Positions 27,101 to 38,997 of a stretch of DNA of 64,000 bases are shown piece by piece. Under the pieces are notes generated by a model. The model had not been told where the DNA came from. It made no database searches and saw nothing but the letters and a program-made list of their open reading frames with translations. Positions within the stretch are counted from its first letter, which is position 1. Every line of letters starts with the position of its first letter. The position numbers and the translations under genes were made by a program. The DNA is from Blasia pusilla (lineage: Eukaryota): the NCBI GenBank assembly GCA_050084515.1, contig CM114271.1, positions 24,242,001 to 24,306,000 on the forward strand, written 5' to 3'.

Positions 27101-27831
27101 TAAAGGGCCTTCTCAGCGCTCGGCTTGAGTCCGCTAATGAAGATAGCCTTCTTCGCGTGCTCATCCATCTTCGGACTAGAAGTCAGTTTTGCACTAAACT
27201 CCCTCACATACGCGCTTAAGGAACCACTCTGCCGCATCCGCACGCATTCCACCGTGTCGCGCAACCCTTGGTACTCCGGATTGAACCGATCCCCAATCAA
27301 CTCCTTGAACTCCTCCCAACTCAGAGGTGACTCGCCGCCCAGATATTCCTCTCGTTGAGCTGTCCACCATTGTAGAGCATGATCCTTCAGGAAAGTAACG
27401 ACTACCGTCACCTTGTCCTGCTCAGCAGCCCTCTGCGCCTCGAAGTACAGTTCCAGTTCCGTAAGGAAATCCTTCACTTTCCGCGAGCGCCCCACTCTCG
27501 TGAATGGCGTGGGCAGGTTCGTCTTGCAGAGCTTTTTGCCCCCACCCGGGTTTCGAGTGGCCTCTAACTCTGCAATCCGCTTGCTTTGCTGGGACATCTG
27601 CTCCACCAACACCTTCAACAAGTCCAACGTCTGGCTCGACTCCGTCCTTTCCCCTGAGTTTGGGCCCACCGGCCCCGCGGAAGGAGTTGCTTCTGGAACG
27701 TCCTCACGAATGGCGTTCAGCTCTTCGGGTGTCTCCGTCTCCACCATAGCTTCACGGTCCGGCATTGGTTCCTCTCTTGGTTCTCGTCGCTTGATTCGGC
27801 GCTTCTTGGGTTGTTCTCCCTCGATCGCCAT
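24109..27831 (-). pseudogene. pol: B2 chromovirus gag-pol, truncated in integrase after HPQTDGQ
   Basis: ORFs 26782-27837 (gag), 25836-26903 (CCHC, LVDTGAS, RT N-terminus) and 23936-24628 (integrase). Near-identical to B1 in inverse orientation. Confidence 0.92.
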
Positions 27832-27966
27832 TTCCAAGTCAACTCACTCAGATCTCCTCCTCGTTTCTTGCGTCCCTCCTCGAGCGCCCGAGTCTAGCCG
27901 CTACCTTGAAATTTCCCAAGCGTCCGGCTGATCCCACGACCCCAAGTTCTCGCTCACCAAGGATTA

Positions 27967-27978
27967 GCTCTGATACCA
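27967..27978 (-). other. Primer-binding site (tRNA-iMet), B2
   Basis: gctctgatacca is the reverse complement of TGGTATCAGAGC, 2 nt from the LTR. Confidence 0.92.
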
Positions 27979-27980
27979 CT

Positions 27981-28981
27981 TGTCGCGCCCCTACTCTCGT
28001 TGAACGTCAATCTTTAGTGTTGCGGAAGCGTGCGTTTAGTAGGTCACGAACTCATCGCCGATCTGCACCCAAACACGCACTCTCGTTAGTCGGGTTTGGC
28101 CAACCGGCGTTCCAACCCACCGAGTCCTCAACTCGGCGTCTCATCAAGCTCAAACTTCCTTAGTTCCTAGCTTCCAACACATGGCAAGTCCTTCAAGACT
28201 TGGAACAGACTTTCTGGTTAGTCCAAGGATCTGAAACGGCACTTGCACGCCTAGCGATCCCAACTGTTCAACGGTCCTCGGGTGAGTTCTGAACGAGACC
28301 CAAGTAATTGAGTCGCGAGGTGGAATCCAAGAGGGATGTCTAAAATCGCCTCACTGGACTTGGTGCAGGTTTTCCAACCCAACCCCCAAACTCGCGTTCC
28401 GTTCCATGCCCTTGAGCCGCCTCGTGGCGCCCAAAGTGGGGTTTGGGTTCCAAGCACTCTCGGAGACCTTCCCCCTAACTAGTACTTCTGGGGTTCTCCA
28501 ATAACCCCTCCCCTTTGGGAAAAGAGGTTCGGGCCCTTCATTGTGGCCCTCAACAAGACTCCACTTACAGTCGTTTTCGGGTTGTATCTCGGCCGTTGCT
28601 TATGCGTTTGCAATGATCTTTGGTGCGTTTGGACCGGCTCTCCATAAGCTTTCCAACTCACTCTTATTTGCTCCTAACGCATCTTGGCGCTAAAAGTTAT
28701 GTCCATAAATACAGTCGGAAACTCTCAAACGCTAGTGGCGTTCCAAATCCGGATCTTCCCTTTGGCAACCCACTTCCTAGACTCGACTTCTTTCAAGTCT
28801 CATTCCGCGTTTGGTCCAGGTTTCACAATTGCGACCATAACACCTAAAACGCGACTCCTTGTTCGCGTCTCGTCTCTTGTCTCCTCTTTGAGACAACTCC
28901 AACGCGCAAACCATCTTAGCGTGAGCCTACTAATGTTCCGATGTTCCGCTTGGCACTTGTTTGGTCATGAGGGTCGCGACA
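27981..28981 (-). repeat. 5' LTR of chromovirus B2
   Basis: Reverse complement of 17283-18284 with scattered substitutions; TGTCGCG/CGCGACA ends. Confidence 0.92.
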
Positions 28982-29500
28982 GTCCTGGTTGGGACCTGCT
29001 GTGTTATTAGATGCGGCGAGAGTTGGATCACGTGCTCATCATCCATGATTGTGGTGGACGAACTTGATACCATCAGAGGTACTGAGTTGAGCTTACGATG
29101 GAGTCCAAAGAGCACCACATCTCACAATGGATGCTATTTTGGGCTTAGGGCGTCGATCTCAGGTAGTGACACGGGATGATAGACCATCGTTGGCCATGGC
29201 CGATAGGGTGGGGGAGTTGAGGACAGCCTTACCTACGTTGGTGAGCTTACCAGCATCCCATGCCTTTCGTCAAGGAGGGCAAGGCATGATTTGGGATGAG
29301 GTGACCGACGCAATGGAGGAGCGTACAGCAAATGAGCGCGAGCGCGCCATGGGGCTTGCTACCTGTACTACGGCAGTGCCAGGGATGACTGAGGCATCCC
29401 AGAGACAAGTGTTGGGGAAGGAAATGGACCTCAACTGTCTCACATGGATAGTGAGGCTAGGTATGGCTGAGCAGAGACGGATGCGAGTGTCATCCATGCC
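28982..29500 (+). pseudogene. A1 DNMT3-like domain, C-terminal half
   Basis: SWLGPAVLLDAARVGSRAH, then ERERAMGL (motif IX-like) and QRQVLGKEMDLNCLTWIV (motif X-like) in ORF 29127-29513. Confidence 0.85.
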
Positions 29501-29759
29501 GTCACATCCATGAGTTGGACCATTGCCTACAGGGTCTGTACATGCATTGGCTGGGGGCAAGACGAGGAGAAATAGGCACCCATGGACTTCCTGGGACGTC
29601 ATTCGAGCAAAGAGTGTGAAGGAGGCTAGAGTAGCACATGTTCATTTTTTGGATGTAGAGCATGGTGTAGGAGGTCAGAGTGGAGTGGTTATTGCGGAGG
29701 TGGCTAGGGTTTCTACATAGCAACCAAAGCCAAAGGTTGCGTCCTCTCCGAGTGAGGTC

Positions 29760-32537
29760 ACGATGGAGACTTGGGAGCATGTGATAGGTCTCAAGTTGAT
29801 AGGAGGAGAGCAACGGCGAGTTCATAGGTTTCTGAGAGGGCGTGTCAATTGTTTTTCCTTCAGTATGAGAGACTTGGGTACGTTGAAGGGTCTCGGGATA
29901 TGGATTGAGTTGGCTAGTGATACGCCGATCTTTCGTCGACCCTACAGGTATTCTAATATGGAGCGAGCCTTGATTCAAAGTGGGAGTCACAACTTGTTGG
30001 AGGCATGACTTGTGGAGTTATCACATGGGGAGTATGCATCTGCCACAATCATGTGGACGAAGAAGGATATGTATGGCAATTGGACGGATAGGTGGATGTG
30101 TGGAGATTACCGTCCTATCAACCGACAGACGAGGTCAGATCGGTACGTTATGCCTATTCTTGAGGAGATCTTTGATGCAGTAGGACATGCGAAGATCTTC
30201 AGTACTTTAGATCTCGGTGGTGGTTATCATCAGCTTCCTATCAAGTTGGAGGACAGGGAGAAGACAACATTCTGGGGTATAGATCGATTCGGGAAAGATT
30301 GCTTGTATCAATGGCGGTTCTTACCATTTGGGTTGAAGAACGCGTCTGCAGAGTTTTAGAGAGTAATGGATAGGATTCTGGCTGGCTTGGAGTTTGTACG
30401 ATGTTACATAGATGATATTCTTATCTTCAGTTCCACGATTGAGGAGCATGAGCGACACCTGGAGGAGGTGTTTCGGAAATTGCAGTTACATAGACTGAAG
30501 TTACATCCAGGCAAGTGCAGATTCTTTCACGAGTAGATTGAGTATTTGGGACACACCATATACCCGAGTGGGTTAGGCGTTCAACAGACGAAGGTAGAGG
30601 CTATTGCGCAGATTCCACGCCCTACAGATGTGAGTCGAGTCCGAGGATTTCTTGGACTGACAAACTTCTATCAATCGTATGTCAAGGGTTTTAGTGCGAT
30701 CGCAAAGTCTTTGACCTTGTTGACGAGACTTGATCAGGTTTGGTTGTGGGGAGATGATTAGGAGCGAGCATTTCAGGAGCTCAAGGACAGGTTGACGTCC
30801 TCACCCATTTTACAGAGACCGGTTAAGGGTGGACCATTCCAGTTACATACGGATTGGAGCATGTTGGGTCTAGGAGCAGTGCTTACTGAGAGGGATGATG
30901 AGGAGAGGGAGTTCGTTGTGGTTTACGCGAGCCGATCGAGCAACATTGTAGAGGCAAAGTACAGCTCCTACGAGGGAGAGTGCTTGGCTGCAGTGTGGGC
31001 CGTGGCACATTTCAGGTGCTATTTATTCGACAACCCTTTCACACTTATCACTGATCATCATCCGTTGAGTGGTTGATGGAGTCCGACAAGCTTACAGGAA
31101 AGCTTGCCAAGTGGGCTCTATTACTACAGGAGTATGAGTTTGAGGTGGTTCATAGGCCAGGTTGGCTAAACCAGGATGCGGATGGGTTGAGTCGTAACCC
31201 ATGTCCGAGTCAGAGAGACGACACTGGAGCTTGATGGCACAGAGAGAGTGATGAGGAGATGGTGCCCGGTTGGCATGCATCTGCCTATCTTTGTTGGTTG
31301 ACTATGGCACGTCAGCCACAGGTGATGACTCCGGTGGTGGGGTTGGATAATGAGTCTTTCGATCTGGAGATTAGTGAGGAGGCGACAAGTGGTCGTGATA
31401 TCCATGACAACGTGGAGAGTGTGGAGTTCTTGCGCACTGGCGTCATAGCGAGTACAGTGAGTGCTAGGGAGCGGGATCGGATCCTACAGAGAGCCAAGAG
31501 GTTCAGGTGGGAGGAGACTCACATTTTGCAGGTATGGGGAGATGGTAGGATACGAGTGGTACCTCATCCTTCCCAGCGAGCACGTGTAGTGCAACATGCC
31601 CATGAGGAGTTGGGAAATTTTAGAGTAAAGCGTACTTACAGCTTACTCCATGTTCAATATTGGTGGCGCGGCATGCATATTGGGGTACAGCAGTTTGTGG
31701 CCAGATGTATGGTATGTGACAAAGTGCGAGCATCCTTCAATGCTCCCACTCCGTAGTTACATCCTTTGCCGATTATGGGTTTAGGTTATCGGTGGAGTTT
31801 AGACTTTGCGGGACCTTTGCCATTGACGGGGCGTCATCATAGGTACGTGTTGGTCATGGTGGAGCATTTCTCCAAGTGGATAGAGTTGGTGGCACTACCA
31901 GACAAGGCGAGCGAGGGAACAGCTTATGCGTTTCTAGATCGTGTGCTTAGTCACTTTGGTGCACCGGCGGAGGTGTTGAATGACCAGGGTATCGAGTTTA
32001 GGGGAGAGTTTCAGGCCTTGTGTGATCAGGCGCTGATAGATCACCCCACCACATCCAGAGATCATCCTGAGGCGGATGGGTTGGCGGAGAGAGTGGTACA
32101 GACGGTGAAGAGAGGATTGCGCAAGTATGGCTTGCAACGGGGACAGTTGAGGGAGTGGGACCTACAATTGCCATGGTTGGCTATGGATTATTGCTTGAGT
32201 GGGCAGGCATCCTTGGCATCATTTTCATTGTACTTTTTGCTCTTTGGGAGAGAGCCAGATTTACCTGCAGCAATTCGACGTGACATGGCGGAGGTGTTAG
32301 ATCTTGATGATCAAGATGTGTGGGTACAAACATGTTCTCAGAGGGCGGAGATTTTTCGTAGAGTTATGCCTATGGCCTTTGAGAACTTAGCTATTGCCCA
32401 ACATAGAGATACATTGAGGTACGCGACCATTCGTGAAGGAGGTTATCGTCCAGGGATTAGGAGGCTTCATCCTGGAGATTACGTGTATTTACAGCATGCG
32501 GCACCCACGACGCTAGATGTCACTGCAGGGCGCATGA
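29760..32537 (+). pseudogene. pol: A1 RT - RNase H - integrase
   Basis: MCGDYRPIN, STLDLGGGYHQ, LPFGLKNA, CYIDDILIFS (~30405); LHTDWS, YEGECLAAVWAV, ADGLSR; HEELG..CMVC, SLDFAGP, DQGIEF, ADGLAERVV. Confidence 0.92.
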
Positions 32538-32819
32538 TGTCGTGCGAATCCACATCGTCATACAACATACATCGCTGACATACCATACTCACATACACAC
32601 ATAACATAGACGAGAGCATCCACAAACACAAGTGTACCACAACTCGCCCCCCTAACTGGCGGTTAGGTCCCTCTAACTCCCAGATAGCCCTATACATCTA
32701 CTACATGCTATACACCTTCTTGGGTGCACGAATCAGAAGGCCGGGTGCTAGGCTGCCCCATCGTTAGTCGCACATCTGTAATCCATATCATGCAAAGATC
32801 AAGTCATCTACCTCTCCTA

Positions 32820-32957
32820 AGTACATCAAGGAAAAACCCACCTTCCAGTAGGAACAACATCCATACGTGGAGTTAAACACATCATGTGCCCACCCCTAGA
32901 ATACCGATCACACACCAACATACAGGCTGTGTTACCAACACACCCACACAACATGCA
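32820..32957 (-). pseudogene. A2 C-terminal PHD finger
   Basis: CMLCGCVGNTACMLVCDRYSRGGHMMCLTPRMDVVPTGRWVFP*C; C4HC3 spacing with a few decayed ligands. Confidence 0.85.
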
Positions 32958-35900
32958 CCTCAAGCTAGCACGTATCATGGCTAAGCTTGGGTCAACAGTA
33001 CCATCCACATTTGGAAGATGACATGGCGCACAATTACGCACATGGTCCTTTCAAACAACTCCATCACGACCCTCCAACATGAGAACTCCATAAGCGAACA
33101 CCTCGCGCACTCATAAAATAGTGCGGCCTGCCGTCACATCCAACGTTATCGGTGCAATCTTCTGCAAATAGACATAGTCCCCCACATGGAACCTACGAAT
33201 CGATGGTTGATAACCTCCACCCCGAATGGTTGCATACCGCAACGTATCCCTGTGTTGAGCAATGGCAAGATTCTCAAAGGCTGTTGGCATAACTCTCTGA
33301 AAGAGCTCTGCCCGTTGAGAACACACTCTCATCCACATCTCTTCCTCATCAAGGTTCACCACCTCACTAGACTCCCGACGAATTGCTGTTGGCAAGTCTC
33401 GATCTCGGCCGTATAAAAGAAAATAAGGTGAGAAGGAAGCCAAGGATGCTTGGCGATTGAACCTATACCCCATGGCAACTGAATATCCCAGTCTCCAAGA
33501 TATCCCTTCTGTAGGCCATACTTGCGCAATGCCCTCTTCACCGTCTGAACCACACGCTCAGCCAAACCATCCGCCTCTGGATGATCTCGAGACATGGTCC
33601 GATGATCAATCAACGCCTTGTCACACAAGACCTGAAACTCACCCTGAAACTATGTACCTTGGCCGGTCAGCACTTCAGCTGGTGCACCAAAATGACTAAG
33701 CACTCTATCAAGAAACGCATACGCCCATCCCTCATTTGCCTTTTCAGGTAATGCCACCAACTCAATCCACTTGGAGAAGTGCTCCACCATCACCAACACT
33801 AAACGGTAACGATCCCGCAAAGTCCACACTCCAATGGTAACCCAACCCCATAATAGGCAAGGGGTATAACTGTGGTGTATGGGCATTGAATGATGCCCTC
33901 ACCTGGTCACAAACCATACAACATGACACCAACTGTTGCACCTGAGTATGCATGCCACGCCACCAATACTGACCAAGGAGTAAGCTATACGTACGCTTTA
34001 CCCCAAAATGTCCCAACTCCTCATGGGCATGTCGCACAATGCGCTCTCTCTGAGCCAAATACGCCACCACTCGTACTCTATTATTCTCCCACACATGGAG
34101 AATATGTGTTCCCTCCAATCGATACCTCTTAGCACGTTGAAGAACACGGTCTCGCTCCTTGGTACTCACTATGCCTGGCACCCTACTGGTCCGTAGGAAC
34201 TCCAACACCAACGCATCATCATGAATATCACGCTGATCCGTACCACCATCTCCAACCTTAGGATCGAAGGTGGCCATCTACCCCTCGACTAGAGTAAGAT
34301 ATCATGTGGTCCTCCATACTAGAGTCCATCCCTAACCAACATAAAAAGGCGGATGCATGCCAACTTGGCACCATCTCCTCATCAACCTCGCCATGCCATC
34401 TAGCCCCAATTGTATCCTCTTGGCTAATACATTGATTCCTACTCAAACCATCAGCATCAAGGTTGGCAACTCCAGGTCTATGTACCACCTGGAAGTCATA
34501 CTCCTGTAAGATAAGAGCCCACCGTGCAAGCTTCCATGTAAGCTTGTCAGACTCCATCAACCACTTGAGCGGCTGGTGATCAGTAACAAGGGTAAATTGT
34601 GTGCCAAACAAGTAACACCTAAAGTGTGCCCCCACCCACACTCTTGCCAAGCACTCTCCCCTCATATGAACTATAGCGCAACTCCATTTGCATTATTCGA
34701 ACGACTTGCATAGGCCACCAAAAACTCCATGTGCTCATCATCATGTTGTGTCAACACCGCTCCAAGTCCCAACCTACTCCAATCGTGTGTAATCTGAAAT
34801 GGGCGCCCTCGATAGGTCTCCTCTAGATAGGCGCCGCCACCAAGCTGGGCCTTAAGCTCCACAAAAGCTCTCTCTGATCATCTCCCAAAGTGCCACTCTT
34901 GATCTGATTTCAGAAATTGGTTCAAAGGCTTTGCCATAGCACTAAATCCCTTCACATACCTCCGATAGTAGTTCGCCAATCCCATGAATGCTCGAACTCT
35001 ACTCACATCTACGGACGCGGAATAAGTGCAATAGCCTCCACCTTTGCTTGCTGAACTCCCAAACCACTTGGATAGATCACGTGACCCAAGTACTCAACAT
35101 CCTCATGGAAGAACTTACACTTTCCTCGATGCAAACGTAGACCATGAGCTTTCAACCGCTCAAACACCATCTGCAAATGTATCGATGCTCCTCCACCCAT
35201 TCTTGAACACCAAGATATCATCAATGTAACACCGAACAAAATTCAACCCTGCTAGGATCCTGTCCATCACTTTCTGAAACTCGGCAAGTGCATTCTTCAA
35301 CCCAAAGGGTAAGAATTTCCACTGGTACAAACAATCCTTGCCATGAGAGTTGACACCCCAAAATGTTGTCTTGGCCTTGTCACTCTCCGAATCGGCAATT
35401 GATGGTATCTCGCCCGAAGATCCAAAACTGAAAATCTTTGCCTGTCCCACCACATCAAAGATCTCTCAGTGTAGGCATGGCATACCTATCGGCCTTGGTT
35501 TGCCGATTGATAGGACGGTAATCTCCACACATCCGCCTATCCGTGTAGTTGATATGCATATCCTTTTTAGTAGGCATGACAGTGGTTGATGCATACTCTC
35601 CATGCGACAACTCCACTAATCCAGCCTCCAAAAGGTCCAACGTCCTACTCTGAATCAAGTCCCTCTCCATATCACTATATCGGTAGGGACGAGGGAAGAT
35701 TGGCGTATCACTAGCCAAATCAATTCGTATACCGGGTCCAACCAGAGCACCCAACTCCTTCATGCTAAAGGCAAAAAAACTCCTATAAGCACGTAGGAAC
35801 TGTGTCAAGCGTCGTTTCTCACCTCCCGTAAGCTTGGGCCCAAGTAATGGCTCCCAAGTCTCCTCCACTGGCACACTAGAGGGAGAGGACAATGCCATTG
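32958..35900 (-). pseudogene. pol: A2 RT - RNase H - integrase
   Basis: RRMCGDYRPIN, LPFGLKNA..VRCYIDDILVF, TDHQPLKWL..ADGLSR, HEELGHFG..CMVC, SVDFAG, ADGLAERVV. Confidence 0.92.
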
Positions 35901-36139
35901 GCTGCTACGCAACCCCCTCACAAGATGGTACACCCTTAGCTACACCATCATCTGAGCAAATAACTCCTCCACCAACATGAGCAACCAACTCCACATGCCC
36001 AGCCATTACATCCCATTTACTCCAAGGATGCAAAATACTACTCTCCTCGCCCCCAGCTGATGCCTCTACCGTCCCGGTAGCCATCAAGCTCTTTACAAGG
36101 GGTGGAAGACCCACAGACATAGTCCGAAGTCGACGCTGC

Positions 36140-37100
36140 TCAGCCATACCAAGACTCAAAATCCAAGTCAAACAATTCAGGTCCATGGCCTGACCCAACA
36201 CAAGACGTCGTGAAGCCTCAGAAATAGAAGCAACCGCTGTCACACCATTAGCAAATCACATCGCAAGCTCTCTCTCATCAACGTTAGGCTCCACCAATTG
36301 TCGCACATGAGAATCCCATACAAGCCCAGGACCATCTTCCCTGTATGCATGTGAAGAGGGAAAACTCACAAATGTGGATAGTGCCATCTTAGGCTGGCCC
36401 ACACAGTTCACCACTTCCATGGGTGACCGATCAATAACCTCACCACCTGAGAAAGTCGCCCAGTATCCAAGATACTATCCACAGTAAGGCAAGGATCCCA
36501 CTGCACTACATCATATGCTCGACGTAGAACCTCCCTAGGCAACAAGTTTGTCCACAACAAGCGTGGACGATGTGCATGCGAGCCAACTCACGCTGCATCC
36601 AACAACACCGCTGGTCCAATCCAAGACCGCACCTCATGAACACTCGCGATCATCCGGGTCCGAGTGTCACCCAATAATGGAACATTCTCTAGAATGTAAG
36701 CTAGAGCACGTGCTTGATGAACCTGAAGATGTCGTAACACCCGTAACATCTCCCAAAACAATCGAGACCTAGGGTTGTGTAATCCCTCACCACAACCAGC
36801 ATGTGTATGACCCTGACATGGCCATCCAGCAATCACCAAATCCACAAGACCAACCCTCTCAAGGTCCTGTGCCCCCAACAATGCAATGTGTGACGGCAAA
36901 GCACGTTGGTACCCACGAATAGCTGATGGCGGCAACAACTCAGGATATCTCCGCATCAACTGACCAATATGTTGGGATGAGACTCTTTGGGCCGTCTCAT
37001 CTCGCTCCACATACACGTATCTCCGCACAGGAATACCGGCCTGCAACACTGCAGCCAAACCAATGCTAATCCCACCAAAGAGATCTAACACACAAATGCC
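36140..37100 (-). pseudogene. A2 DNMT3-like C5 cytosine methyltransferase domain (full motif set, with stops and frameshifts downstream of motif VI)
   Basis: I VLDLFGGISIG; II YVERD; IV DLVIAGWPCQ (36810-36840); RLFWEMLRVL; VI ILENV (36681-36695); VIII DAA*VGSHAHRPRLLWTNL; X RRLVLGQAMDLNCLTWIL. Confidence 0.93.
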
Positions 37101-37689
37101 CTCCGGCGGATACTGCCATACAATGGGTGTAGTATCCAAAGGGGATAACCCAACTGGACCAAAAGTAGGAGTCCTCCGTGGGGCCTCCTCTTCCTCGTGA
37201 GGTATAACAGCCTCACACCAAGCCTCCTGCACTAGGCGATCAACCTCATGCCATAGTGCACCACCTGAACTCCAAAGTGGCACATCCAACGATGAGGATG
37301 CCACTGCTGTAAAAATAGGGACCTCCTTTACCTCCTCATGCACAGGAGAATCCATAACATAAACATTACCCTAAAAAAAGTCTCATGGCCAAGTGACTAC
37401 TCCACTAAAACCAGCCACAGATGCTAACACTGTTGGGGAAGACCCTCCTGGTCGAGCCCCATAAATAAATCTCACATGAACTTGGCTCATACGTCCATCC
37501 CCGGACTGCCAACCAGGTCTAAAAGATGTTGTCTCAGTCCAGTAATCCATCTGAAAACCCATCGAGTACAATACTGCTCCTCCAACTAGTACATCATACG
37601 TCTCGGCTGATGTGACTACCGCAGATACTCCCAACCGGGAGCTATCAATCGCATGATCTGGTCTCAACTGTACAAAAAACTTCTCCCGT

Positions 37690-38263
37690 TGTCGTATAGT
37701 AAAATCAACCAATGTGTAAACTCCTTCGTCATTAAGTGTTAGATAGAGTTTCATTAGTATTAAGTATATTGGCTTAGAAAAAGGAGATTCTTATGTTTAA
37801 ACCTCTTTATGATGCCTCTTTTATGCGGGCCCAACTTTAGGAAAAGGAGGTAATAAATAAAAGATGACTTTGTAAAAGTAAAGTAGTTGCTTTAATGAAA
37901 AACAAAAGTAGTCTTGGTTGGTGGCTAGGTTAGTTGGGATAATTTGGAAAATATCATGTGGGTAAAAGAGGATATTTTGGAAGAGATAAGAGGAAATCTA
38001 CTTGTGTCAAAATGTGATTGGCTAAGCCTTGAGAGGAAGCCATGTGGCACAAGATAAGATAAGCTCTATTTCGTACTCTTGTGGATCCCTTGTGAGTATA
38101 TAAAGAGGAGGGACCTTCAAGGGTTCATCACCTTCTATTCCACATTTTGAGTCTCTCGCGTCTCTCTTGAGTGTATGGCTTTGGGATTGCTTGCTCTTCC
38201 AATGAGAGTGGATCACCCCTCTTGGGAGAGTAACTTGACCATAGTCTAACCTTGAGAGAGATT

Positions 38264-38306
<43 letters not shown>

Positions 38307-38997
38307 TGTGTGTGTGGAGATGAGAGGTTTGTCACCTTAGAGGAGTTTAGTCATACTGAAATAGAAATAGCGGATGTTTTGGCTTGTTACTTTCCCAATG
38401 AGAGTGGATTACCCTCTTGGGAGAATAACTCCGCCAAAACCCATTCTTGAGGAGAGTAGAGAATGTCTGGCAAGCATGGATAGGGGCGGAGCACGAGTTG
38501 TGCCCGACTTTCCTTTCCTCAATCCATACCATGTCAAGGTACTCTTTGTAGATAGGCACTGGTTCACTCGGTATTTAGTTTATCACTTTGGGGAGGCGTT
38601 CATGAACCGAGTCATGCAATCTCCAACTCCGGTAATCCTTCCTATCGTCACATATGGAAGGACATGGGATTGTACTTTGTATGTCCTTATATAGTGATCC
38701 ATGGATGTCAATAGGCCTGCTCAAGTAGGGTTTAACACTAGTTGTGCTATCTTCCTCGTGTACAAGCGTAAAATAGTCTATAGGGATTTTATAGTTAGGA
38801 ATTTCGGGGTCCGATGTTACGAAGAAGTGATCGCCTCGGCACTTCCATTTGTGATACCTGTCGTGAGAGAATGGAGAGTGTACATCATAATTTTGTATTG
38901 AAAAAGGAGAACTTGTTAGAGAGTTCACCTTGCATCGACCGTATCTACCGCAGCTAGAAGGCCCGCCCTTGCTCGAAGAAAGGCTCTCGACACAACA
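37690..38997 (+). mobile_element. 1.3-kb solo-LTR-like insertion
   Basis: TGTCGTA...CACAACA ends and a 4-bp TSD CCGT. Removal restores A2 FMTR-EKFFVQL. Internal TATATAAA at ~38097. Confidence 0.8.
38266..38315. repeat. (GT)n microsatellite
   Basis: About 25 GT units with one interruption. Confidence 0.97.

Noticed and set aside
17283-28981. One large TIR DNA transposon, or a fold-back read chimera
   Set aside because: The inverted ends are LTRs each followed by a PBS, there is no TSD, and the two LTRs differ by many substitutions.
36588-37355. Host DNMT3/DRM gene or bacterial restriction-modification methylase
   Set aside because: Intronless, collinear within the polyprotein upstream of RT in three element copies, and inside TSD-bounded elements.
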